Positions 19,258-29,235 of a stretch of DNA of 64,000 nt are shown in pieces (the stretch's first letter is position 1; every line of letters starts with the position of its first letter). Origin of the DNA: an uncultured Alphaproteobacteria bacterium (lineage in GTDB: Bacteria > Pseudomonadota > Alphaproteobacteria > HIMB59 > GCA-002718135); contig CACNUO010000001.1 of the NCBI GenBank assembly GCA_902623585.1, forward strand, positions 7,564 through 71,563, written 5' to 3'. The notes beneath the pieces are model-generated. The model saw nothing but the letters and a program-made list of their open reading frames with translations, was not told where the DNA came from and did no database searches. A program made the position numbers and the translations under genes.

Positions 19258-20377
19258 TCTCTTGTTGGATATTAATTTTATAATCTTTTAAAATTTTAAA
19301 AAAATACATTATGTCTTCTGTTTTATGTGGTGCAGTTTTAACACCAGACTCAATTTTATTATCTATAATTAGATCAATTGCAGCTGATAAAGTAATCGAT
19401 ACAAGTTTGCCCATTGCAGTATTTTCACCACTTCCTTTTTCATCTAGAAAATAAGAACTATCGAAAATTTTATTATCATTTTCGAAAGCTTTAAGTTTTA
19501 CAGAAAGTACAACGCGATCTTCTTCCTCAGGTAAATATTTATTATCTTTTAATAATTCTTCACTTTTTTTATTGATTTCAGCTTCTATATTATCTGATCT
19601 ATTTTCAAGCATTAAAAAAATATCTTTCCAAGCCTCTTTCCAACCATCAAGTCGCAAAGTTCCTCTTACGAATTCTTTGACTTTCCATTTCTCATCAAAC
19701 AAGTATTCACTTACATAGGGTGTTGAATCTCTGTTTGGATAAGCTTCAAAATTTTCATCAGATATTGAATAAGAACTAATAGATTTGTAAGGAGTTACAG
19801 TATTTATTTTTCCTTTTGTTATATATTTTGCATCATTGTTTAAGGCTTTGATTACTCCAGCTGGAGACCAACTAAATTTATATTTGAAATCATTTGGAAT
19901 TGCTGGAAAACCTCCACAATATGATTCATATACCACTTCTGTTTTTTCGGTCGCAATTTTTTTTAGATCACTGACAAGTAAATGGGAAAAAAAATGATCG
20001 ATACCTGGGTCTAAACCGACTTCATTGATAAATACTAAATTTTCTTTTTTTACATCTGGATTTAGCATATTTATTTCTGGATTAAGGTAACTAGTAGATG
20101 CAAAATGACATTTATGTTTTAAACAAAGTTTAGCTATTTCTAAATGTTTGTTTGCTGGCAGTTGAGAAATAACAATATCACCTGGATTTGTCTCGTTAAA
20201 TAATAAATCAGCATCAAACTGTTTTGCTTTCACATTGTTTTTATCTACATGGTCAATACTCTTTATAGCCTTATCTAATGTTCTATTCCATACTGTAAAA
20301 TTATCTAAATTTTTAGCTAATCTTCTAATTCCTGGTATTGAAGATAGTCCAGTTCCTATCCAATGTACATGTTTCAT
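19250..20377 (-). CDS. saccharopine dehydrogenase family (NADP-binding Sacchrp_dh_NADP + C-terminal domain)
   Basis: 375 aa. N-terminal Rossmann VHWIGTGLSS and central GLDPGIDH motif typical of the family. Overlaps the downstream LKR-like gene by 8 nt. Confidence 0.7.
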   Translation of the reverse strand: MKHVHWIGTGLSSIPGIRRLAKNLDNFTVWNRTLDKAIKSIDHVDKNNVKAKQFDADLLFNETNPGDIVISQLPANKHLEIAKLCLKHKCHFASTSYLNPEINMLNPDVKKENLVFINEVGLDPGIDHFFSHLLVSDLKKIATEKTEVVYESYCGGFPAIPNDFKYKFSWSPAGVIKALNNDAKYITKGKINTVTPYKSISSYSISDENFEAYPNRDSTPYVSEYLFDEKWKVKEFVRGTLRLDGWKEAWKDIFLMLENRSDNIEAEINKKSEELLKDNKYLPEEEDRVVLSVKLKAFENDNKIFDSSYFLDEKGSGENTAMGKLVSITLSAAIDLIIDNKIESGVKTAPHKTEDIMYFFKILKDYKINIQQENG

Positions 20378-20442
20378 AGTCTTATTTACTTTTATATTAA
20401 ATTGTTTACTACATTAATGAAACTTAAAATACGGAAATTTAT

Positions 20443-21252
20443 TTGACTTCAATAGTATTTATTTTTTTATTAACAGGTCTAGTCTCTGGTTTTATTGCAG
20501 GATTATTAGGAGTTGGAGGTGGAATAATAATTGTACCTGTAACTTACTTTATTTTACTTAATCTTGGTTACAGCTCTGAAATTGTGATGCATGTTTCTGT
20601 AGCATCTTCTCTTGGTGTAATTTGTTTTACTTCAATTTCTTCTATAAGATCTCATGTTAAGCTTAAAAATACAAATTTGATAATTGTAAAAAAATGGGCA
20701 ATAGGAATTGTAATAGGATCAATGGTAGGCTCACTTGCAGCAAGTGCTATTTCAGGACAGAGTTTAGTTATTCTTTTTGTTATTCTGGCATTTTTGATTT
20801 CATTAAATATGCTGTTTCAACAAAGCCCAATTGTTGTAAGCAACGATATACCATCGTCTAATATAATTAATTTTTTAATAAGCTCTTCTATTGGTTTTTT
20901 ATCTGCAACAATTGGTATAGGTGGTGGAAGTTTTAGTGTTCCAACTTTAACAATGTTTTCAAAAAAGATTCATGAAGCAGTTGGTACTTCTGCTGTTTTT
21001 GGTTTTTTAATTGCTTTTCCAGGAACACTTACATTTATATATACTGGGTCAAATATAAATGAACTTCCCATTTATTCTCTTGGTTACGTAAATATTATAA
21101 TAGTTTTTTTTATATCGATAACTAGTATATTTACTGCTGGAATTGGTGCAAAAGTTTCATCAAATATAGATAAGTTAGTATTAAGAAAGATTTTTGCTAT
21201 TTTTTTGTTGTTAACTTGTGCTAGTCTAATTATTGAACATTTTATAATTTAA
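20443..21252 (+). CDS. TauE/SafE (DUF81) family anion/sulfite exporter
   Basis: 269 aa, about 8 TM, duplicated GxGGG motifs (LLGVGGGIIIVP, IGIGGGSFSVP). TTG start. Confidence 0.8.
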   Translation: MTSIVFIFLLTGLVSGFIAGLLGVGGGIIIVPVTYFILLNLGYSSEIVMHVSVASSLGVICFTSISSIRSHVKLKNTNLIIVKKWAIGIVIGSMVGSLAASAISGQSLVILFVILAFLISLNMLFQQSPIVVSNDIPSSNIINFLISSSIGFLSATIGIGGGSFSVPTLTMFSKKIHEAVGTSAVFGFLIAFPGTLTFIYTGSNINELPIYSLGYVNIIIVFFISITSIFTAGIGAKVSSNIDKLVLRKIFAIFLLLTCASLIIEHFII

Positions 21253-22455
21253 ATGAATTTTGTTGCAGATAGACTAAGTAAAATAAAACCTTCAATGACT
21301 GTAGGTATAAATGTCAAAGCCAAGGCTTTGAAGGACGAGGGTAAAGATGTAATTGTTCTTGCAGCAGGTGAGCCAGATTTTAACACACCAAAAAATATAA
21401 GAGATGCTGCTAGTAAAGCGATGGAAGAGGGTAAAACAAAATATGTACCAGGTAAAGGTACACCAGAATTACAAAAAGCAATTCAGAAAAAATTCAGAGA
21501 AGATAATAATATTGATTATCAATTAGATGAAATCATATGCGGTGTCGGAGGCAAACACATTATCTATAATGCTATGATGGCAACAATTAATCCAGGAGAT
21601 GAGGTCATTATAACAGCTCCTTTTTGGGTTAGTTATCCAGATATTGTTTTATTATCAGAAGGTAAGCCCGTGATAGTTAAGTGTCCTCAATCACAAAATT
21701 TTAAGATTACACCAGAACAACTAGAAAAAAATATAAACTCTAAAACAAAATGGTTAATGTTAAATAGTCCTAGTAATCCGACTGGCTCAGTTTATTCAAA
21801 AAAAGAGTTAGAAGACTTAGCTCTTATCTTAAAAAAATATCCTAATGTTCTTATAATGTGTGATGATATATATGAAAAAATTGTTTACGATGGCATAGAA
21901 TTTCATACTCTTGCTTCTATTGAACCTTCACTGAAAGACAGATGTTTGACACTTAATGGTGTTTCAAAATCATATTGCATGACAGGATGGAGACTTGGAT
22001 ATTGTGGAGCTCCAAAAGAGATCATTGCTGCTATGAACAAAATACAATCACAAAGCACAACATCAACTTCTTCAATTACAATGGCTGCTGCAGTTGAAGC
22101 AATAAGTGGTCCGCAGGATTTTATAAACGAGCATAATAAAAAATTTTTGATACGTAGAGATTTAGTATTGAATAAATTAAATGATATTGATGGAATTACA
22201 TGTCAAAAACCAGAAGGAGCTTTTTACGTTTATCCAAATTGTGAGGGTATAATTGGAAAAAAGACACCAAATGGAAAACATATCTCCAATGATGAAGATT
22301 TCATGACATACCTTTTAGAAGATCAAGGTGTAGCAGGAGTGCATGGTGCAGCATTTGGATTATCTCCTTATTTTAGATTATCTTATGCAACTAGTGATGC
22401 AATTCTAGAAGATGCGTGCAACAGAATAAAAGAAGCTTGTAATAAGCTTACTTAA
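21253..22455 (+). CDS. pyridoxal-phosphate-dependent aminotransferase, class I (aspartate aminotransferase type)
   Basis: 400 aa. LAAGEPDF..., NSPSNPTG, and the Lys-containing motif NGVSKSYCMTGWRLGY. Confidence 0.9.
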   Translation: MNFVADRLSKIKPSMTVGINVKAKALKDEGKDVIVLAAGEPDFNTPKNIRDAASKAMEEGKTKYVPGKGTPELQKAIQKKFREDNNIDYQLDEIICGVGGKHIIYNAMMATINPGDEVIITAPFWVSYPDIVLLSEGKPVIVKCPQSQNFKITPEQLEKNINSKTKWLMLNSPSNPTGSVYSKKELEDLALILKKYPNVLIMCDDIYEKIVYDGIEFHTLASIEPSLKDRCLTLNGVSKSYCMTGWRLGYCGAPKEIIAAMNKIQSQSTTSTSSITMAAAVEAISGPQDFINEHNKKFLIRRDLVLNKLNDIDGITCQKPEGAFYVYPNCEGIIGKKTPNGKHISNDEDFMTYLLEDQGVAGVHGAAFGLSPYFRLSYATSDAILEDACNRIKEACNKLT

Positions 22456-23884
22456 GATCTTTATCAGCAATTATTTCAGCTAATCTAAGCAGATTAGTAG
22501 TACCAGCACTTCCAAATGGAACACCAGCCGAGATAACTACATTATCTCCTGGTTTTACTAATTTTTTATTTTTTGCAATTGAACATGCAATATTAACCAT
22601 ATCTTGTGCATTTTTAGCATCTTCTTGAGTATGGCAGGAGTTTACACCCCAGTATAATTGCATTTTTCTTGTAGTATTAATATTTGGAGATAAACCAACA
22701 ATTTGAACTGGTGCTCTTTCTCTGGCCATTCTTGTCGTTGTTCTTCCACTTACAGAAAATGTAATTATTGCTTTTGCATCTGATTTTTTTGCAATTGAGT
22801 AAGCTGCTAAAGTTATTGCATCTGTATTATCAACATCATCAATATTTTCTTGAGTAATTTGTAAATCATAATTATTTTTATCATTCTCAACATTTTCTAT
22901 TATTTTATTCATCGTTCTTACTACTTCTATTGGATGTGCTCCAACAGCAGACTCACCAGATAACATTACAGCATCTGTTCCGTCGTAAATAGCATTAGCA
23001 ACATCAGATGCTTCAGCTCTCGTTGGCACAAGATTTTCAATCATACTTTCAAGCATTTGTGTAGCAACAACAACTGGCTTACCAAAATGCCTACATCTTT
23101 TAATAATATTTTTTTGAACTATTGGAACTTGTTCTGTTGGCATTTCAACACCCAAATCACCTCGAGCTATCATAATTCCATCTGCAGCATTTATAATATC
23201 ATCAATATTTTTTACTGCTGAAGGCTTTTCAATTTTTGCCATCACGAGTGCTTTATTGTTAATTATTTTTTTTAGTTTGTGTATATCCTCTGCTTGTTGC
23301 ACGAAAGAAAGTGCAACCCAATCAACTCCCATATCTAATGCCTTCATAAGATCAGATTTATCTTTTTTGGTAAGGGCGTCTATAGGAAGAATTACATCAG
23401 GTATATTTACGCCTTTGTTATTTGAGATTTCAGCATCATTTAAGACTTCTGTAATTAAACTATCTTTTTTTTGTTCAACAATTTGTAATCTTATTCTTCC
23501 GTCATTTACTAATAAAATAGAATTAGGTGTTAAAAAATCATAAATTTCTTTATGAGGAAAGTTAACCCTATTATTATCTCCAGGCTCACTTGAAAGATCT
23601 AATACAAAACTTTGACCTTTAACTAAATTTTCTTTTGTATTCTTAAATGTGCCCACTCTTAATTTGGGTCCTTGTAAGTCAGCTAATATGCATGAAGCAT
23701 GATTATGTTTTTCTTCAAAAGATCTAATATTTTCATAATTTTTTCTATGAGTTTCTAAATCGCCATGTGAAAAATTTAATCTAAAAACATCACATCCAGC
23801 AATAAATAAGTCTTCTATTATTTTTTTATCTGATGATGCAGGACCTAGCGTAGCTAAAATTTTAGCTTTTCTGTTACGTTTCAT
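22448..23884 (-). CDS. pyk: pyruvate kinase
   Basis: 478 aa. KILATLGPAS, RLNFSHG, MIARGDLGVE, ATQMLESM motifs. Confidence 0.95.
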   Translation of the reverse strand: MKRNRKAKILATLGPASSDKKIIEDLFIAGCDVFRLNFSHGDLETHRKNYENIRSFEEKHNHASCILADLQGPKLRVGTFKNTKENLVKGQSFVLDLSSEPGDNNRVNFPHKEIYDFLTPNSILLVNDGRIRLQIVEQKKDSLITEVLNDAEISNNKGVNIPDVILPIDALTKKDKSDLMKALDMGVDWVALSFVQQAEDIHKLKKIINNKALVMAKIEKPSAVKNIDDIINAADGIMIARGDLGVEMPTEQVPIVQKNIIKRCRHFGKPVVVATQMLESMIENLVPTRAEASDVANAIYDGTDAVMLSGESAVGAHPIEVVRTMNKIIENVENDKNNYDLQITQENIDDVDNTDAITLAAYSIAKKSDAKAIITFSVSGRTTTRMARERAPVQIVGLSPNINTTRKMQLYWGVNSCHTQEDAKNAQDMVNIACSIAKNKKLVKPGDNVVISAGVPFGSAGTTNLLRLAEIIADKDLK

Positions 23885-23937
23885 TAATTTTTATATATAT
23901 AGCACAAAAAAAGATTTATATAATTTATTTACGTAAT

Positions 23938-24228
23938 ATGACCAAAAACTTTGATAGAGAATTACTTGCTGATGTTGCAGAAAGATTGATTCATCATCTA
24001 AAAAATAGAACAGATGTACAAAATATTGATTTAATGAATCTATCAGGTTTTTGCAGAAACTGTCTTTCAAAATGGTATGTTAGTGCTGCAGAAAAGAAAA
24101 ATATTTCTATTTCATACGATGAAGCACGAGAAATGATCTATGGTATGCCATACTCAGAGTGGAAAACAAAATTTCAAACTGAAATTACTTCTGAACAAAA
24201 AAAAAAATTCGATAAAAGAGAAACTTAA
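23938..24228 (+). CDS. DUF1244-family small protein
   Basis: 96 aa. FCRNCLSKWY...YDEAREMIYGMPYSEWK matches the DUF1244 signature as I recall it. Confidence 0.7.
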   Translation: MTKNFDRELLADVAERLIHHLKNRTDVQNIDLMNLSGFCRNCLSKWYVSAAEKKNISISYDEAREMIYGMPYSEWKTKFQTEITSEQKKKFDKRET

Positions 24229-26027
24229 TATAGTTTCTCTAAATTTTCTCCATACATCTCTTTTACTTTAAACCGTCTTACTTTCATGGAAGGTGTCATC
24301 ATATTGTTTTCAATTGTAAACTCGTGATCAATTAAAATAAATTTTCTTATTTGCTCAATACTAGAAAGGCTTTTATTGACTTTATCTACAACTTCTTTCA
24401 TTTTTTTATTAAATGAAGAATCTTGAATTATTTCATTTAAATCACCCTCAACATTATTTTCTTTTGCCCATTCTAAAGCTAAATCTTTATTAGGCACCAA
24501 AATTGCAACTAGGTAATTTTTGAAATCCCCATATAACATTGATTGAGCAATTTCAGGTTCAATATCTAGTTTTGCCTCTATTCTTGAAGGAGAAATATTA
24601 TCTCCACCAGCATTTACAATAATATCTTTTTTCCTATCTGTTATCTTTAAATAATCTTCTTCATCAAATTCACCAATATCACCTGTATGAACCCATCCAT
24701 CGATTATAGTTTTATTAGTTGACTCAGGATCATTCCAATAACCATTCATAATTAGTTCACCACGAGCTAAAATTTCTCCATCTTCAGAAATTTTCACTTC
24801 ATTTCCTTGAAGAACTTTTCCAACAGTATCTAATTTAATTTTTTCAGGAGGGTTTGCCGAAATAACAGGAGCCGTTTCAGTTTGTCCGTATCCTTGAAGA
24901 AGTGGAAGGCCAAGGGCGCTTAGGTATAATCCAACTTCAAAATTTAGTGCTGCACCTCCTGATATCAATGCTCTGAGACTTCCACCAAATCTTTTCTTAA
25001 CTTTTTTTCTTACTATCCTATCCATCAATCCATTCATAAATCTTTCAGAGAAGCTCATCTGCTCACCAAAATATTTTTTCTTGCCTAGATTTAATGTAAT
25101 TGCAAAGAAGCGTTGACTCAATTTACTTTGGTTTTTTAGACCTTGTGAAATACGTGTGTGTAAAGAGTCATAAAACCTTGGAACAGCAGTCATAAAATGT
25201 GGTGCTGCCTCAGCCATATTTACTAATAATTTATCTATACTTTCAGCGTAATAAATTTGTGCGCCTTGTCCCATTTCTAAAAATTGTAAAGTATGTTCAT
25301 ATGAATGAGATAAAGGCAACCATGATAAATATCTAATTTCTTTTGTTAAATCACTAGTAAGACTCTCAAGTAATTTATCACAGGAAGCACAGTTTCTTAG
25401 CATGGCTCCATGACTTAACATCACTCCCTTAGGATTACCTCCAGTACCTGATGTATAAATAATACATGCTGTATCTTTTCTTTTATAATTTTTTGATAAA
25501 TCTTCTATTTCATTAGAATTTTTACTTTTTTCTAAATTGTCATTTATAATTTTATTGTATGATAAAATATTTACAACTTCGGTATAAGTTTCATTATCAT
25601 CATTAATTTTTATTACATTTTGACAATGTGAAATTTTTTCTATTGCTGGTAGAACTTTTTTCATTAGTTCGTGAGATGATACGATTGCACATCTAGCACC
25701 AGAATGTTCAATAATATATTTATAGTCATTCGTTGTGCTTGTTGTATAAGCAGGCACTGAAATTGCTCCTATGGACATTATTGCTAAATCAGTGATTTGC
25801 CATTCAGGTCTATTTTCAGATAAAATTAATACTCTATCTCCTTCTAAAATACCCAGATCTTTTAAGAATGTTGCTAAACTTTCGACTTGTTCTTTAACTT
25901 GTGACCAACTTAAAGAAACATATTTATCATTCTCTTTCTTCCACAAATATGGTTGATCTTTTAAATTATTTGCTTGATGATAAAATATACCCGGTATGCT
26001 ATTAAACTCGTCAAAATTAACAATCAT
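24225..26027 (-). CDS. AMP-dependent long-chain acyl-CoA synthetase/ligase
   Basis: 600 aa. AMP-binding motif IIYTSGTGGNPKGVMLSH, plus GYGQTET and TGDIGEFDEEDYLKITDRKKD. Confidence 0.9.
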   Translation of the reverse strand: MIVNFDEFNSIPGIFYHQANNLKDQPYLWKKENDKYVSLSWSQVKEQVESLATFLKDLGILEGDRVLILSENRPEWQITDLAIMSIGAISVPAYTTSTTNDYKYIIEHSGARCAIVSSHELMKKVLPAIEKISHCQNVIKINDDNETYTEVVNILSYNKIINDNLEKSKNSNEIEDLSKNYKRKDTACIIYTSGTGGNPKGVMLSHGAMLRNCASCDKLLESLTSDLTKEIRYLSWLPLSHSYEHTLQFLEMGQGAQIYYAESIDKLLVNMAEAAPHFMTAVPRFYDSLHTRISQGLKNQSKLSQRFFAITLNLGKKKYFGEQMSFSERFMNGLMDRIVRKKVKKRFGGSLRALISGGAALNFEVGLYLSALGLPLLQGYGQTETAPVISANPPEKIKLDTVGKVLQGNEVKISEDGEILARGELIMNGYWNDPESTNKTIIDGWVHTGDIGEFDEEDYLKITDRKKDIIVNAGGDNISPSRIEAKLDIEPEIAQSMLYGDFKNYLVAILVPNKDLALEWAKENNVEGDLNEIIQDSSFNKKMKEVVDKVNKSLSSIEQIRKFILIDHEFTIENNMMTPSMKVRRFKVKEMYGENLEKLY

Positions 26028-26083
26028 GCTGTCTATCCTCCCTACAAAGCTTAGATATTAGACCTATATCGAAATAGTAAAAT

Positions 26084-27880
26084 ATGAAACAAAAAAATTA
26101 TCAAAATTCAACAAAAAATTCCCTTGGTAAATTACCAATTTGGAATTTAAAGGATTTGTATGAATCGCCAAAAGCGAAGAAGCTCAATAATGATTTAAAT
26201 AAGCTCAGAATATTGACTAAGAAATTTGAGAAAAAATATGCATCTAAAATCACCAAGATTAGTTCCAATCAACTTTTAAAAGCCATTATAGAGTTAGAGG
26301 ATATTGATACAAAAATAGATAAAATTATGTCTTATGCACATTTATTAGTTGCAGAGGATGGTAACAATGAAAAGAATAAAATTTTTTATCAACAAATGCA
26401 GGAGCAAATAACAAATATCGCCTCCTCGATTGTCTTCTTTAGTCTTGAAATTAATGAAATTTCTGAAAAAAATTTAAAAAAAATTTATGCTGATAAACAA
26501 CTAAAGATTTACAAAAACTGGATCAAAAATATTCGAAAATTCAAACCTTATCAATTGGATGTTAAAACAGAAAAATTACTTCAAGAAAAAAGTATTACTT
26601 CTAGATCAGCCTGGGTTAGACTATTTGATGATACAATTGCATCACTTAAATTCCCCTTTAAGGGAAAAAATTTATCTAGTGCTGAAATTTTTAATTTTCT
26701 TTCTGATAAAAAAGAAGCAAATCGTAAAAAATCAGCTGAGGTAGTATCTGCTGTTTTAAAAGATAACATTACTTTATTTACATCTATTACTAATAATCTT
26801 GCAAAAGACAAATCAATCAATGATAAATGGAGAGGATTGCCAAATCCAGTCAGTTCAAGAAATTTATCTAACGTTGTTGAAGATGAAGTTATAGAAGCTT
26901 TAAGTGAAACAATAATAGATAATTATCCAAAAATTGCTCATCGTTATTATAAAATAAAATCTAAGTGGCTAAAAAAGAAATCTTTAATGTATTGGGACAG
27001 AAATGCACCTCTTCCTTTCCAATCACATAGTATATATTCCTGGAAAGATGCAAGACAAATTGTAACTAATGCTTATTCAAATTTTGACAAGAGAGCAGGA
27101 AATATTGTAAATAAATTTTTTGATAATTCATGGATACACGCTCCAGTAAAACTAGGAAAATCTCCTGGTGCGTTCGCTGCTTCTACTGTTCCATCAGTTC
27201 ATCCATTCATACTTGTTAATTATCAAGGCAAAGCAAGAGATATAGCTACTCTTGCTCATGAACTTGGACACGGAATCCATCAATATTTAGCAGGACAAAA
27301 ACAAACTTATTTTAATTCTTCAACTCCGTTAACTCTTGCTGAAACAGCAAGTGTTTTTGGGGAAATGTTAACTTTTAAATCACTTTTATCTATTACGACA
27401 AAAGAAAATGAACGTAAGGGGCTTTTAGCAAACAAAGTTGAAGATATGCTAAACACTGTTGTAAGGCAGATTGCATTTTTTGAATTTGAAAAACGTATTC
27501 ATCATCAAAGAAAAATTAAAGAATTAAGTGTTGATGAGATTTGTGAAATTTGGATTGATGTTCAAAAGAAAAGTTTAGGACCATCAATAAAATTTAATGA
27601 TGATTACAAATATTTCTGGAGCTACATACCCCATTTTATTCATTCACCATTTTATGTTTATGCATATGCTTTTGGTGATTGTCTTGTTAATTCTCTTTTT
27701 AATGTTTACGAAAGCAAACTCCCTAAATTTGAAGACAAATACATTACTTTGTTAGAGAGCGGTGGTAGTGATACATATGATAAACTATTGAAGCCTTTTG
27801 GATTAAATCCGAAGAAAAAAGACTTCTGGCAAAAAGGAGTTAATGTTATTGAGAATTTGATTGACCAATTAGAAGAATAA
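26084..27880 (+). CDS. pepF: M3B-family oligoendopeptidase (PepF-like)
   Basis: 598 aa. Zinc motif HELGHGIH with a downstream E (ETASVFGE). Confidence 0.85.
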   Translation: MKQKNYQNSTKNSLGKLPIWNLKDLYESPKAKKLNNDLNKLRILTKKFEKKYASKITKISSNQLLKAIIELEDIDTKIDKIMSYAHLLVAEDGNNEKNKIFYQQMQEQITNIASSIVFFSLEINEISEKNLKKIYADKQLKIYKNWIKNIRKFKPYQLDVKTEKLLQEKSITSRSAWVRLFDDTIASLKFPFKGKNLSSAEIFNFLSDKKEANRKKSAEVVSAVLKDNITLFTSITNNLAKDKSINDKWRGLPNPVSSRNLSNVVEDEVIEALSETIIDNYPKIAHRYYKIKSKWLKKKSLMYWDRNAPLPFQSHSIYSWKDARQIVTNAYSNFDKRAGNIVNKFFDNSWIHAPVKLGKSPGAFAASTVPSVHPFILVNYQGKARDIATLAHELGHGIHQYLAGQKQTYFNSSTPLTLAETASVFGEMLTFKSLLSITTKENERKGLLANKVEDMLNTVVRQIAFFEFEKRIHHQRKIKELSVDEICEIWIDVQKKSLGPSIKFNDDYKYFWSYIPHFIHSPFYVYAYAFGDCLVNSLFNVYESKLPKFEDKYITLLESGGSDTYDKLLKPFGLNPKKKDFWQKGVNVIENLIDQLEE

Positions 27881-27885
27881 AATTG

Positions 27886-29229
27886 ATGAAAGATAAAGAA
27901 GCAAAGTCTCTAACAAAACAACTTACCAGGTATGCCAAAGTTGGCGGTGTTGTTGGAAAATTAGCCACTAAACTTGCAAGTCAAAGATATTTAGGTGTTA
28001 AGTTAGATAAAGAAAAACATGCTTCAGAAATAAGGGCTGCTCTTGGAAGTATTAAAGGGCCATTAATGAAAGTGGCACAATTATCAGCAACTATACCTGA
28101 CTTGCTTCCTGATGAGTACGCGCAAGAACTTATGCATTTACAGTCTAATGCTCCACCAATGGGATGGTTGTTTGTTAAAAGAAGAATGGCTGCAGAATTA
28201 AAGCAGGACTGGCAAAAAAATTTTATAGAGTTTGATAAAGAAGCAACAAGAGCAGCTTCTCTTGGACAAGTTCATAAAGCTAAAATAAAAAATGATGAAA
28301 TAGTCGCTTGCAAACTACAATACCCAGACATGGCTTCAGCAGTTAGTGCTGATCTTTCACAATTAAAAATGATTTTTTCAATTTATCAGTCCTATAATAA
28401 AGCGATCAAAACTGATGAAGTATACAAAGAAATTACAGACAGACTTAAAGAAGAGCTTGATTACGAAAGAGAAAAAAAATTAATGGCTGTATTTAGAAAT
28501 ATATTTTCAAATATAAATTTTGTTCATGTTCCAAAAACCTATGATAAATTATCTACAAAAAGATTGCTAACTATGAGCTGGCTAGATGGTGAACCTATTT
28601 TGAATTTTAAAAAATCTGCTAAAGAAACAAGAAATACATTAGCCGCTAATATGTATAAAGCGTGGTATAAACCATTCTTTGAATACGGAGTGCTTCACGG
28701 TGATCCACATTTAGGAAATTATTCTGTACAAAAAAAAGACCTTAGTATTAATATATATGACTTTGGTTGTATGAGAATTTTTAATGGTAATTTCATTCAA
28801 GGTGTAATTGACTTATATTTTGCGCTTCAAGAAAAAGACAATTCAAAGGCAGTTCATGCATATGAGCAATGGGGATTTACTGATATTACAAAAGAGAAAT
28901 TAAAAGTATTAAATAAATGGGCAGGATTTTTATATTCACCTTTGATGGAAGATAAAGTTCAAAAAATACAAGAAAGCGATAGTGGTATATATGGAGCACA
29001 AATTGCATCTGAAGTTCATCAAGAACTTAAAAAACTAGGCGGTGTTAAACCTCCAAAAGAATTTGTGTTCATGGATAGAGCAGCAGTAGGACTAGGTTCA
29101 GTATTTATGCATTTAAAAGCTGAAGTTAATTGGTACAGAATATTCCATGAGCTCATTCAAGATTTTAACTCAAAAAAATTAATGAAAAACCAACAAAAAG
29201 CTTTAAATTTAGCTGACCTATCAATATAA
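27886..29229 (+). CDS. ABC1/UbiB-family atypical protein kinase
   Basis: AASLGQVHKA, KLQYPDM and HGDPHLGN motifs of the ABC1/ADCK family. ATG 27886 is preferred over the adjacent TTG 27883. Confidence 0.85.
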   Translation: MKDKEAKSLTKQLTRYAKVGGVVGKLATKLASQRYLGVKLDKEKHASEIRAALGSIKGPLMKVAQLSATIPDLLPDEYAQELMHLQSNAPPMGWLFVKRRMAAELKQDWQKNFIEFDKEATRAASLGQVHKAKIKNDEIVACKLQYPDMASAVSADLSQLKMIFSIYQSYNKAIKTDEVYKEITDRLKEELDYEREKKLMAVFRNIFSNINFVHVPKTYDKLSTKRLLTMSWLDGEPILNFKKSAKETRNTLAANMYKAWYKPFFEYGVLHGDPHLGNYSVQKKDLSINIYDFGCMRIFNGNFIQGVIDLYFALQEKDNSKAVHAYEQWGFTDITKEKLKVLNKWAGFLYSPLMEDKVQKIQESDSGIYGAQIASEVHQELKKLGGVKPPKEFVFMDRAAVGLGSVFMHLKAEVNWYRIFHELIQDFNSKKLMKNQQKALNLADLSI

Positions 29230-29235
29230 GAACTC

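Noticed and set aside
24197-24207. An A11 homopolymer inside the DUF1244 gene, considered as a possible phase-variation tract.
   Set aside because: It encodes a Lys run near the C-terminus. Long A/T runs are common throughout this AT-rich window, for example in spacers and Lys-rich tails. There is no contingency-locus context such as surface or restriction genes.
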